This document shows, in pieces, positions 21,943-30,697 of a stretch of DNA of 35,575 nt. This DNA is from a virus. The notes under the pieces are model-generated. The model was not told where the DNA came from. It worked only from the letters and a program-made list of their open reading frames with translations, and searched no databases. How positions within the stretch are numbered: the first letter of the stretch is position 1; each line of letters starts with the position of its first letter. The position numbers and the translations under genes were made by a program. The stretch is taken from IMG/VR virus record IMGVR_UViG_3300045421_000110, positions 1-35,575 of that record. One strand, 5' to 3'.

Positions 21943-24393
21943 CTATGACGAGATACCGAACTCCGTTTCCTGCTCGCCGCTGGCGCGGCGAATCGTCAAT
22001 CGCTTATTCGGCCCGCTTGGCCCCACCCACCAGTGAGCAGGCTGCGGCATCGGTTGCCCCGTCGCCTGCGATGCCGCCACGCGCTCGTCAACCCAATCCA
22101 CGACGCCTAGCGTTGGCTCGAACCAACTCACCGGCTCGCCGCTTACGGTGCTGACCGATCGGCATGAGTTGTCCTCCCACCCTGCCGGATAGGTCGTGAC
22201 GTCCACGGGCGGATCGAGCTTGGTCGGCAGCTCGTCCTCCGTGACCTCGTAGTCCTGCCGGTAGAACGCTCCGCCGTGGCCGAGCGAGATACTCGACGGC
22301 ACGGGCCGGTAAAACTCACCGGGATCGCCGATCGTGACTGTCCACCTGTTCGGCGTGCCCGTCGTTTCTTGATCGCCGAACTCATTGACGCGGTACGAAT
22401 AGAGCGTGACCTCTGCCTGCCGGACCACCACCACCCCGGCCTGCGTTTTCACCGTGAGACTGACCGACGTGCCAATGGGAATGTCAGGCCACCCGAATGG
22501 CTGGGTGTGTTTCCAAACGTGGATGATTGCCCCATAGCCGAGCGCCGGCCCGCCGAAGCCCTCTAAGGAAGTCAGGACACCTCCATCGTCGATCACGCCC
22601 CACACCGCGTTCGGGTCGGCGAACCGCTGGGAATCGGCTGGCAGGATCGAGTAGCGACGCACCCACGCCCCCCACGAAACAGTCAGCGTCGGCCCGCCGA
22701 CAAGCGTCACCGTGAACCCCGGCAGCGTGACCTCCGTCACACCGTCTGGCATGACGAGGACGGGGGCCGATGCCGGCGGCGCGTGATCGACGTTGATCCA
22801 CCCGTAGGCATTTCGCTCACAGAGCGTGTCGGCGCTTCTTGCGAACGTGATCGGCGTCCCTCGCTCGATCTCTTGCGTCGGCACCTCGACCGATGCCGTC
22901 CAGTATTGCTTCGCCCCGGCGCCGGCTGGGATCATCGTCACTTCCAAATCGACCACACCGTCGATCCCCTGTGCGGTCGCCGTCACTTCGGGTGCCGACC
23001 TCGTCCTTTCGACGCGGTACTGAGTCTGGCCGATGAATCGCTTCTGCGACTTCGCCCCCAGCGTGATCGAGCCGAATGACGCCACGCCTGGGTAGAGCGT
23101 TGGCGCGAGCGTCGTCGTGATCGAGGAGACTCGCCCCATCGCGTTGATCGTGGCGGTGCCTTGGTTCAACGCCACAGTCGAGCCGTTGCGGAATAGGTAG
23201 ATCGGTCGCGTCGTGTTTGGCGGGTAGCCTTCGCCACCATCCACCAACTCGATACTCGTCACCGGCCAGCCGCGAGCGCCTCCCGCACCAATCACCGCCG
23301 ACTCGCCGAATGTAACGCTCAGCGTGGCCGGGGTCGTGGGGTTGCCGAAGAAGGCGCTTGGGGGTCCGACGGTCGGGTCTGTGTAGACGCGGGCAACGAG
23401 CGGCGGCGGGGAGTGGCCGGTCGATTCCCAGCCAAGATCAAGATAGTCGTTCGGGCCGGCGATCAAGTTGTACGGCCCGTATCCATAGATGCCGCGATCC
23501 ATGTAGGTCGTGTGGACTCTCGTGCCGTTGATCGGCCGCACGCGAAAGACTGTGCCGTACTCGTACCCCGTGCCTGGCGAGTCCACCGTGATCGTGTCGA
23601 TCTCCCACCAGGGATTGCCGGCCAGGTCGGCGTGCTGCAGCCACGACAACGTGAACGACGCACCGCTGCCGCTGCCTTGGCCGAAAAGCTGGATCTCAAC
23701 CTCCGGCGGCACACGATGCCGGTACGGCAGGGCGCGGTAGCGCGTCTCGAGCAGTGACGCCGCTCCGGTCGCGGAGATCCAACTCCACTGCTCGACGGCC
23801 CAGTTCGCCTCCCCCTCGACCCACGCGACGTGGGACCAATACTGCCCGAAAGCGCCCGTCTGCAGTGAGTCGAACGGACGCGGCTGGGCCGGCGTCCACA
23901 GTGGATGGTTCGCATGCGCCGTGCCGAATCGCCCCCGCGGCCCCCACGTGCCACACAGTCCGACCTCCAGGCCGGCGCCGTTCTGCTCGTAGAGTCCGGG
24001 GTCGATTCCCGATATTCCGCTGCCGGTTCCGCCGAGCGACGTGTCGTTGACCCACGACGTTTCTTCGCCAACCCGCACCGTGTCAACAAGAAGGCTTGCC
24101 GTCCCCGGCGTGCCCCACGGTCCACCCCCGACAAACCCCTCACCGACCCACGTGACCGCCACGCACCCCGTCGTGCCGTCGATCCCAGCCGACGCCGTGA
24201 ACGTCCTGGGCGTGTTCGCCGTCATGGTGCGCGACGAGATCGGATTGGACTCACCATCCGGCGGCGAAGGAAGCCACTCCTCACGCCGCATCTCGCCAGT
24301 GCCCGACCCCGTTGTCATTGACACGTTGATCGTGGCCGCGCGCGGCCACGTGCAGGCGCACCCACAGCACAGACAACCAGGCAGCATGATCAT
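21943..24393 (-). CDS. Large tail tip / baseplate-type structural protein (about 816 aa)
   Basis: Its position is two genes after the tape measure. It is long and Gly/Thr/Val-rich with no enzymatic motif recognised. The preferred start, ATG 24393, overlaps the upstream stop; this gives the N-terminus MIMLPGCLCCGCACTW. Confidence 0.6.
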   Translation of the reverse strand: MIMLPGCLCCGCACTWPRAATINVSMTTGSGTGEMRREEWLPSPPDGESNPISSRTMTANTPRTFTASAGIDGTTGCVAVTWVGEGFVGGGPWGTPGTASLLVDTVRVGEETSWVNDTSLGGTGSGISGIDPGLYEQNGAGLEVGLCGTWGPRGRFGTAHANHPLWTPAQPRPFDSLQTGAFGQYWSHVAWVEGEANWAVEQWSWISATGAASLLETRYRALPYRHRVPPEVEIQLFGQGSGSGASFTLSWLQHADLAGNPWWEIDTITVDSPGTGYEYGTVFRVRPINGTRVHTTYMDRGIYGYGPYNLIAGPNDYLDLGWESTGHSPPPLVARVYTDPTVGPPSAFFGNPTTPATLSVTFGESAVIGAGGARGWPVTSIELVDGGEGYPPNTTRPIYLFRNGSTVALNQGTATINAMGRVSSITTTLAPTLYPGVASFGSITLGAKSQKRFIGQTQYRVERTRSAPEVTATAQGIDGVVDLEVTMIPAGAGAKQYWTASVEVPTQEIERGTPITFARSADTLCERNAYGWINVDHAPPASAPVLVMPDGVTEVTLPGFTVTLVGGPTLTVSWGAWVRRYSILPADSQRFADPNAVWGVIDDGGVLTSLEGFGGPALGYGAIIHVWKHTQPFGWPDIPIGTSVSLTVKTQAGVVVVRQAEVTLYSYRVNEFGDQETTGTPNRWTVTIGDPGEFYRPVPSSISLGHGGAFYRQDYEVTEDELPTKLDPPVDVTTYPAGWEDNSCRSVSTVSGEPVSWFEPTLGVVDWVDERVAASQATGQPMPQPAHWWVGPSGPNKRLTIRRASGEQETEFGISS

Positions 24394-24740
24394 CACGAGC
24401 ACTCCGCAGCCACGACGTACCATCGTCCGTTTCCGTGGAGCGCCACCGACACCCACTTCCCGGCATGGATCGTGGCGTATTTGTTGACGACGTCCTCGAC
24501 GGTCGCCCCGGTCGTCTGCGTTTCGCTCGGCGGCGTGCCGTCCTCCCAAACGTTCAGCGTCGCGACCGTGCCCTTCGTGAAGGTGCTCGTCGTCTTACAG
24601 AGCCGGTGGGGCGTGTCGTCGCCGCCTTGGCGGAACCGCACCGGCGGCATGTCACGGTTGCCGCCCTCGACTGCCTTCACGGCGCGGCCGATCCGCTTCG
24701 CGGCGTCCTCGGTGAATGCGACCTTGCGAGCCTTCGCCAT
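24393..24740 (-). CDS. Hypothetical tail protein (115 aa)
   Basis: Lies between the Dit-position gene and the large tail protein. Coupled starts and stops. Confidence 0.5.
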   Translation of the reverse strand: MAKARKVAFTEDAAKRIGRAVKAVEGGNRDMPPVRFRQGGDDTPHRLCKTTSTFTKGTVATLNVWEDGTPPSETQTTGATVEDVVNKYATIHAGKWVSVALHGNGRWYVVAAECS

Positions 24741-24743
24741 GCG

Positions 24744-25628
24744 TCACGTCACGATCAAGGGCGTACCGAAACCGGTCGAGAAGTTGGCCGTCCCGTACAA
24801 CTCGACGCCGGCACCGGAGTTGATGGTCGAGGGGGCCGTCCCCGGCGTCCGCTTCGTGCCGTCGGAGTTCAGCGCCACCGGCTGCTTCACCGGCTTCCCG
24901 TCGCTCCCAAGGATCACTTTCCGCTGTCCTGAGACAAGCTCCATGAAGCCGACGTCCCACGGCTTGCAGCTCCACGTGTCTGGTTCGTATCGAAACTCCC
25001 ACTGCGTCTCGACGAACTTCAGCGTGCCGCCGTCGGTGTCGCCCTCGAACTTGCTGATCTCGCGGATCTTCGCGCCCTTGAAATAGCACTTCCACGTCTT
25101 CGCGGCGCCACCGGCCCACGTCGCGGAGTTGACCTTCCCGGCGTATGCGTCGCGTGCGGCCGTCCAATCTGCGTCGTTCGCGTAGAACTTCGTCAGACCC
25201 CAGCCCCGCTCCTCGCGCTCACGCTCCAGGCCTTCGAGCGGATCCTTCGCGGAGTTCGTGATGACCACGCCGTCCTTATCCGTGAATGCGGGGACGTTCG
25301 TCGTCCCGCCGATCGCGTCCCACACGTCCGCCGGCATGCCGGACTCCTGCCGGGCCTTGCCCGGCGGCGGCACGTAGTAGCGGACGGTCAGCACCCAGAG
25401 CAGGCCCGACCGGTCGGCCGGGGCCACGTCGAACTCCATCGCCTTGCAGGACGAGATGTCAGGGTGGGCCGCGCCGAAGTAGGCCCCGGTCACGGCCCCG
25501 GCGATCTTGACCTTCGTCGTCGTCGGCGAGTCCGTGCGGATCTCCCACTTCTCGACGATCTGGAAACTCTCGCCGTAACGGCCCGAGAGCGTCGAATCGT
25601 TGAGCCGCTTGTATGAGACGACCGCCAT
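24744..25628 (-). CDS. Tail protein in the distal-tail-protein position (294 aa)
   Basis: Immediately downstream of the tape measure (3-nt gap). The call is by synteny only. Confidence 0.5.
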   Translation of the reverse strand: MAVVSYKRLNDSTLSGRYGESFQIVEKWEIRTDSPTTTKVKIAGAVTGAYFGAAHPDISSCKAMEFDVAPADRSGLLWVLTVRYYVPPPGKARQESGMPADVWDAIGGTTNVPAFTDKDGVVITNSAKDPLEGLEREREERGWGLTKFYANDADWTAARDAYAGKVNSATWAGGAAKTWKCYFKGAKIREISKFEGDTDGGTLKFVETQWEFRYEPDTWSCKPWDVGFMELVSGQRKVILGSDGKPVKQPVALNSDGTKRTPGTAPSTINSGAGVELYGTANFSTGFGTPLIVT

Positions 25629-25631
25629 GGA

Positions 25632-27167
25632 TCACTCCAGACCGTAGAGGTAGACGTCCTCGCCCGGGTCCGCGAGTTCGTCGCGGATCTCCTCGAGCAC
25701 CCCCAGCTGCTTCTCCTGGACGCCTCCGCCCTCGCCACGCAGGATGCGAAACATCTCGGCGATGCCTTCCGACGACCGGGAGTCGATCGCCTTCAGGGCG
25801 CGAGGCTCGACGGCGGCCACAGCCCCGCCTCCGGCACCTGCGGCCACTCCCTTTCCGGCCGCGTCCGTCGCGGCCGCCGACGCCTTCGCCCTCTCGATCG
25901 CGTCGAATAGGGCCGTGGAGAGCGGCCCCTTCACGGCCTGGCCGGCCTGCGTCGCGGAGTCGCCGAAGGCCTGGTCGAAGTCGGCGCTCGCGGCGTTGAC
26001 GTTCTCGGTGATCCCCTCGTCGATCTTGGCGCTAAATGCCTTCGCCCCCTCGACGATCGCGTCGATGCTCGCCGTGTCGAACCCGAGATACCCGCCGATC
26101 GACTGCGCGATCTCAGCAAGCCGTTGGAACGCAGACGAGAAACCTAGGATCATCATCCCCATGGCGGCCTCGGCGGAGTTCCACATCCCCGAGAAGAATG
26201 AGGCCGTCCGGCTCAGGAAGTCCGTCACCGCCCCCCACTGTTCGCCGACCTGCGAGAGGTAGGAGAACACCGACCCAAAGTTGGCAATAAGATAGTCGCC
26301 CACGCCGGCCAGCCACGTGGCACCCTGGAGGATCCCGTCTCCGATCGCGGTGCCGATGTTCGCGCCGCCGATGTCGCCGACCATCTTCGTGAACTGGTCG
26401 GAGATGGCGGTTACGGCCGGAACGAGCGTCGCGACGACTTGCGTCACGACTCCCTCAATCGCCTTTTGGGCCATCTTCAGGGAGTCGTTCATCTGCTCGA
26501 AAGACAGCCCCTGAGCATTATTGAGAGTCAGCCCGAGCTTTTTGGCCTGCTCCTGCATGGCCTCGACACCGGCAGCCCCTTCCTGGAACATGGGAAGAAG
26601 CGACGCCCCGGACTTTCCGAAAATGCGAATCGCCGCGGCCGCCCGCTCGGACGCCGTCGGTAGCTTGCTTATGGCTTCGGCTATGGCCTTGAATCGCCCT
26701 TCGGAGTCCATGCTTGCGAGAGACTCCACCGAAAGCCCAGCAGACGCGAACGCGGCCCCAGACACCTTCGCCCCAGCCGCTGCCTTGACGAATGCAACCT
26801 CCGAGTTGGTGATCGCTGCGGCGAGCGATTCGTGATTCAGACCGGCAAACTCAGCAGCCAGCGACAGCCCTTGGAAGCCGGCCGTGTTCATGCCGAGCAT
26901 CCGGGCCAGCTCACTTTGCCTGTCGACGACCTCGGCCTGCTGCTGGCCCATGTTCACGAGGGACGACGTCCATTGACTGGCGGCCGAGACGACCGAGCCG
27001 AAGAGTTGGCCCCCCTGGATCGTGACCAGCGTCCGCATGCTGCCGACGAGGGAGTCGACGCCGGCTCGCATCCGTGCCATCGCGGATACGGACTGGTTCA
27101 CCCCCGAGACGAGCCCCGACGAGCTTGCCGTGAAGACCGCCCGGACTTTGCCGATTCCCGTCGCCAT
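25632..27167 (-). CDS. Tail tape measure protein
   Basis: 511 aa, Ala/Gly/Ser-rich and helical, with IRIFGKSGASLLPMF-type and transmembrane-like central segments. Follows the frameshifted chaperone. AAGGTGAG RBS. Confidence 0.85.
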   Translation of the reverse strand: MATGIGKVRAVFTASSSGLVSGVNQSVSAMARMRAGVDSLVGSMRTLVTIQGGQLFGSVVSAASQWTSSLVNMGQQQAEVVDRQSELARMLGMNTAGFQGLSLAAEFAGLNHESLAAAITNSEVAFVKAAAGAKVSGAAFASAGLSVESLASMDSEGRFKAIAEAISKLPTASERAAAAIRIFGKSGASLLPMFQEGAAGVEAMQEQAKKLGLTLNNAQGLSFEQMNDSLKMAQKAIEGVVTQVVATLVPAVTAISDQFTKMVGDIGGANIGTAIGDGILQGATWLAGVGDYLIANFGSVFSYLSQVGEQWGAVTDFLSRTASFFSGMWNSAEAAMGMMILGFSSAFQRLAEIAQSIGGYLGFDTASIDAIVEGAKAFSAKIDEGITENVNAASADFDQAFGDSATQAGQAVKGPLSTALFDAIERAKASAAATDAAGKGVAAGAGGGAVAAVEPRALKAIDSRSSEGIAEMFRILRGEGGGVQEKQLGVLEEIRDELADPGEDVYLYGLE

Positions 27168-27870
27168 CGCCGTCTCACCTTCTTCATGCCCGGGAGGTTC
27201 GCCAGCCGGTCGGCCAGCTCACCCTTCGGAACGTGGACCTTGGCCCGGTACTCGTCGCCGACCTGGTACGTGATCAGGAACCGTTCTTCGTTGCGCCGGT
27301 CGAACTTCCCCGCGAAGGCCGACCTGATAATCTCCGTCTGCCTTCCGGCCAGAAGCCACGGCTGCCCCCACGGCTCGAGCCGGTAGAAGGCACACCACCT
27401 TTTCATCTGGCCCCACGACAGTCGCCGCTTCAGCGCCTCGACGTCGGGCTCGTGTACCTCGAGGGCCAGCCGGTGGGCGAACAGCTCCCACGGGTCGGCC
27501 CTCAGCCTTTTCCCTCCTCTTCCACCTCTTCTTCGGTCGGGTCGGTGATCAGCGGTAGGCAGAACTGGGCGATCTCGTCGATCGCCCTCGGGTGGCTGGA
27601 CGCCAGCTCGTCGAGGGCCTCGGCCTCGTCGGGCACGATCGGCGTGCCGTGGGCGTCGCAGAGCAGGATCTGCACTAGCTTCGCCATGAGAGGCTTTGAG
27701 CCGTCCCGGTGAGCGTTGCAATAGAACCGCCACCGATCGGCGTCGGCGCTCGACGGCGTCCTGACGTACACCTTCCGCCCGCCCCACGCCTTCACGGCGT
27801 ACTCGATCGGCGTGCCGGCCGGCTTCAGCGCGGCCAGTAGGTCGTCGAAACTGTTGATCGCTTCGCTCAC
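27098..27870 (-). CDS. Tail assembly chaperone, -1 frameshift fusion product (G-T-like)
   Basis: After a slip at GGGAAAA, the -1 frame reads GKRLRADPWELFAHRLALEVHEPDVEALKRRLSWGQMKRWCAFYRLEPWGQPW... It stays open to 27098 and overlaps the tape measure start. Confidence 0.65.
27502..27870 (-). CDS. Tail assembly chaperone (G-like, zero-frame product)
   Basis: 122 aa with an acidic C-terminus, DPTEEEVEEEGKG. Sits directly upstream of the tape measure. Confidence 0.75.
   Translation of the reverse strand: MSEAINSFDDLLAALKPAGTPIEYAVKAWGGRKVYVRTPSSADADRWRFYCNAHRDGSKPLMAKLVQILLCDAHGTPIVPDEAEALDELASSHPRAIDEIAQFCLPLITDPTEEEVEEEGKG
27508..27514 (-). promoter_or_regulatory. Slippery heptamer G GGA AAA for programmed -1 frameshifting
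   Basis: The minus strand reads GAG GGA AAA GGC TGA. The X XXY YYZ pattern ends 1 codon before the zero-frame stop. Confidence 0.65.
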
Positions 27871-27871
27871 G

Positions 27872-28255
27872 TCATGCTCCTGTCAGTTGGAACTCGGCCG
27901 TGCCCGTCGACCACTGCCGGGACCGGCCGCGGTGGGAGATGCTCTTCAGAATCGCCTCACCCGAGATCGTGGCCCCCGGTGCGTCGAACGTCAGTGTCGC
28001 CTTCGCGCCCACGTAGTACGGCGACACCTGCGGAGGCCCCCAGAACATGAACGACAGCGTCGGCGGGTCGATCGCCGTGCAGTCGTACTCGTTCACCACC
28101 CGAGCGTTCTCGCCCTCGCCGACGACGGTGCTCGTGACGTTCGTGCGTTCGACAAGCGTTGCCACGGCGGCCTGCCACTCGAAGTCCGTCAGCCAGCCGA
28201 TCAGCACGCCGTCGAACGTCACAAAAGCCCCGTGGGACGAGTACTGCCCTGGCAT
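27872..28255 (-). CDS. Hypothetical tail protein (127 aa), possible tube-protein paralog
   Basis: Lies between the tube gene and the chaperone. It has a similar length and N-terminal G..F.F.G pattern to the 28279-28668 protein. Confidence 0.5.
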   Translation of the reverse strand: MPGQYSSHGAFVTFDGVLIGWLTDFEWQAAVATLVERTNVTSTVVGEGENARVVNEYDCTAIDPPTLSFMFWGPPQVSPYYVGAKATLTFDAPGATISGEAILKSISHRGRSRQWSTGTAEFQLTGA

Positions 28256-28278
28256 GTCGTGGCGTCCTCATCTGCACG

Positions 28279-28668
28279 TCAGGCTGTGATGTCTTCCTCG
28301 GTGATGATCTCGATGAACGACGCCTGGCCTTCGACGAACGACTTCGTCTTCCGGCTGACGTTGCTCCCGACGCACCGGTATGTTCCGGTCGCGCCGGTGG
28401 TCGTCAGCGTGCCCTCGTCGCCCTCGACGATCGGATCCGTGCCGGTGACCGACTTGTACGTGATCGAGAACTTCGCCGGGTCGCGCTTCGGCTTGATCGG
28501 CCCGAGCACCATGACGGCCTCGGACCCGTCGGCCACGTCGAGCGTGGTCATGTCCATCCGCTCGCGCTCGGGCGCGGACTTGTCTAAGGCGATGTCGGTG
28601 CAGAGGTACGTCTCGCCCTTGAACGCGAACGTGGTGCCCTGGGCGGAGACAAAGCTCGGGATTGGCAT
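28279..28668 (-). CDS. Major tail (tube) protein candidate (129 aa)
   Basis: Position after the tail-terminator-like gene, beta-rich and small. The call is by synteny. Confidence 0.55.
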   Translation of the reverse strand: MPIPSFVSAQGTTFAFKGETYLCTDIALDKSAPERERMDMTTLDVADGSEAVMVLGPIKPKRDPAKFSITYKSVTGTDPIVEGDEGTLTTTGATGTYRCVGSNVSRKTKSFVEGQASFIEIITEEDITA

Positions 28669-28720
28669 GGTGACCTCCGGTGTGCCGTGGCATTTTCGCC
28701 ACGGTAGGTTTTCACGGTTT

Positions 28721-29128
28721 TCAGCCGGGGACGTAGGTGATCTGGACCTTCATCTGGACCGTGTACGTGGGCAGTGAGTGACCGTCCAGCCACGCCGGGG
28801 CACCGTCGGAAGCGTCCTCGACCCAGCACTGGAGGAGGCCGTCCTCCGTGGCCCGGCCGTCGATGGCGGACACGATGGCATCCGCGAGATCCCACACCTC
28901 GACGTACCCGTCGGCGTAGACCTCGAGCGAGAACTCCGCGACCGATGGCAGCGACCCGCCGGCAGCAGGCTCGCCCAGCGGGTCGGACAGCACCGGATCT
29001 CTGCCTGTCCCCGTCCGCTCGAAGATCACGTAGGGCGTCTCGACGCCCTCGGGCGTTCCGATCGGGTAGGTCTTCTCGGATCCGAGCGCCGCGTTCACGG
29101 CGCCACTCAGCCAGACGTGAGGCTTCAT
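28721..29128 (-). CDS. Tail completion / terminator-like protein (DUF3168-like)
   Basis: TYPIGTPEGVETPYVIFER pattern. ATG 29128 is about 5 nt after GGGAGGAA and overlaps the upstream stop; GTG 29131 is an alternative. Confidence 0.55.
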   Translation of the reverse strand: MKPHVWLSGAVNAALGSEKTYPIGTPEGVETPYVIFERTGTGRDPVLSDPLGEPAAGGSLPSVAEFSLEVYADGYVEVWDLADAIVSAIDGRATEDGLLQCWVEDASDGAPAWLDGHSLPTYTVQMKVQITYVPG

Positions 29129-29712
29129 CACTTCCTCCCGGGTCCGAATCCACTACGCCCCACGCCGGGGTTTTTGCCGGACGCCAACTCCGCCGCGGCC
29201 TTCTCCAGGGCGTTCGCCATCTCGGCCGCGAGCAGGCCGGCCACCTTCGGCTCCATCTCCTTCATGGCCTCCTCAACGAACGTCCGGGGATCGATCCCGG
29301 ACTTCGTGCCGAACGTCAGCCAGATTGCTTTGCGGCTGTTCCACGGCACCTTGTAGCCAAGGGCACCGACGACGTACCCGCCGGAGCTCTTCCCGACGTA
29401 CTTCGACTTGGCGATCACGCTTCGGCGCATGTCGCCAGCGGCGTTCCGCAGTTTGCCGGAGCCCTTCTGGAATCGTCCGCGGCCGTCCCGCTCCACCGCC
29501 GACTTCACGAGCACCTTCCCGGATCGCTTCGGCGTCTTCGCCCTCAGGATCGGGACGCCGTCCTTCAGCGCCCGTTTCATCGCCGCTTGAAGATGCTTCT
29601 TCGCGACGTAGCGCGGCAGGGCGTAGAACCGGTCCATCAGCGCATCGACGCCGACGTCGAGGTCGTCGACCCGCACACTGAACAGGTTCGACGACGCGCC
29701 GACGCGAACCAT
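29128..29712 (-). CDS. HK97 gp10-family head-tail joining protein
   Basis: RAKTPKRSGKV... and WLTFGTKSGI (EfGT-like motif). Synteny supports the call. Confidence 0.65.
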   Translation of the reverse strand: MVRVGASSNLFSVRVDDLDVGVDALMDRFYALPRYVAKKHLQAAMKRALKDGVPILRAKTPKRSGKVLVKSAVERDGRGRFQKGSGKLRNAAGDMRRSVIAKSKYVGKSSGGYVVGALGYKVPWNSRKAIWLTFGTKSGIDPRTFVEEAMKEMEPKVAGLLAAEMANALEKAAAELASGKNPGVGRSGFGPGRK

Positions 29713-29713
29713 G

Positions 29714-30037
29714 TCAGGTCACCTGCTCCTCGACCGTCAGCTCGAGGTCGTTATTCGGCAGCTTCGGCACCACCGACGAGATGTAGAGCAGGCGGTTACC
29801 GTTGCTCGACCAGCGGAGCCGCATGGCCCCCGTAACGCCGGCCAGCCACCGCGTCCGAACCGTGGCCGACACGCCGCCCCCCATCTGGCCGCGGCGGGCC
29901 TGTTCGGAGTAGGACGTGGCCTCGTAGTCGCCGAAGATCGTGGCGACCGTCTGCCACGTCTCGATCGCACCGCCCGCGGCGTCGCGGGTGATGACCGACC
30001 TCTCGACGACGAACGTCTCGCGGTACGCACGGGGCAT
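29714..30037 (-). CDS. Head closure / head-tail adaptor (SPP1 gp16-like)
   Basis: Start at MPRAYRETFVVER (ATG 30037, ATGA overlap). The pattern is R..i.v......D..GG....W......F......S..E......Q......V.V..R. Confidence 0.65.
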   Translation of the reverse strand: MPRAYRETFVVERSVITRDAAGGAIETWQTVATIFGDYEATSYSEQARRGQMGGGVSATVRTRWLAGVTGAMRLRWSSNGNRLLYISSVVPKLPNNDLELTVEEQVT

Positions 30038-30612
30038 CACCACCCCCCGTTCCAGCTCGACGCCGCGAGCAGGGCCTCGACGGCCTGTGGCAGTTCGGCG
30101 TTCCCGTCCTCGGCGATGACGCCGCGGTAGTCGAACCAGTGCCGGACGAACGCGAGGATCGCCGAGCGGATCATCGGGCAAATCCGCTGGCCCTCGGCGA
30201 CGCCGGCCCAGTAGGTGATGACCACCGGAGCCCCGTGGTCGGCCGTCAGCGTGAGCGTGGCCGGCGTGGCGTCGGCGTCGATCTCGTAGCCGGCCTCCGT
30301 CACCTCGAGGCCGCCGGCCGTCACCGTGATCGGGTGCAGCTCGTCCACGAGCAGCGGAGGGAACGGCAGCGTCAGCACGCGAGTCGGCGGAGACCGGAAG
30401 GCGACGCGTCGCTTCGTGGCCACGAGCGTGGTCGAGAGCCGCTGCTCGACGAATCGGCGAGCGGCGGCCAGCTTGTCCAGTAGGAACGCGTCGTAGTCGG
30501 TCTGGTCGTCCGACAGGCCGCAGTTGAGCTTGGCCTCAGAGAGCGACACCGGCTCGACCATGGGCCATTCGATGACCCTGACCGTGTCGGGCAGGCAGCG
30601 GCACTCGGCCAT
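30037..30612 (-). CDS. gp6-like head-tail connector
   Basis: VSLSEAKLNCGLSDDQTDYDAFLLDKLAAARRFVEQ is typical of the Phage_connect_1 N-terminus. It is the first gene after the capsid gene. Confidence 0.65.
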   Translation of the reverse strand: MAECRCLPDTVRVIEWPMVEPVSLSEAKLNCGLSDDQTDYDAFLLDKLAAARRFVEQRLSTTLVATKRRVAFRSPPTRVLTLPFPPLLVDELHPITVTAGGLEVTEAGYEIDADATPATLTLTADHGAPVVITYWAGVAEGQRICPMIRSAILAFVRHWFDYRGVIAEDGNAELPQAVEALLAASSWNGGW

Positions 30613-30640
30613 GGTTCACCCCAGAGGCCCACCCGCCGCC

Positions 30641-30673
30641 AAACCCGGGGACTGCATCCTTGCGGTCCCCGGG
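30641..30673 (-). terminator. Hairpin after the capsid gene (possible attenuating terminator)
   Basis: The minus strand reads CCCGGGGAC-N12-GTCCCCGGG followed by TTTGG. It lies 25 nt after the capsid stop. Confidence 0.35.
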
Positions 30674-30697
30674 CCGGCGGAGAGGAGAAGACGAGGA

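Noticed and set aside
24352-24393. LPGC at the N-terminus of the large tail protein read as a lipoprotein lipobox.
   Set aside because: The Cys is at residue 7, with no preceding basic or hydrophobic signal peptide, and Pro at position -2 is atypical. It is kept only as a Cys-cluster observation.
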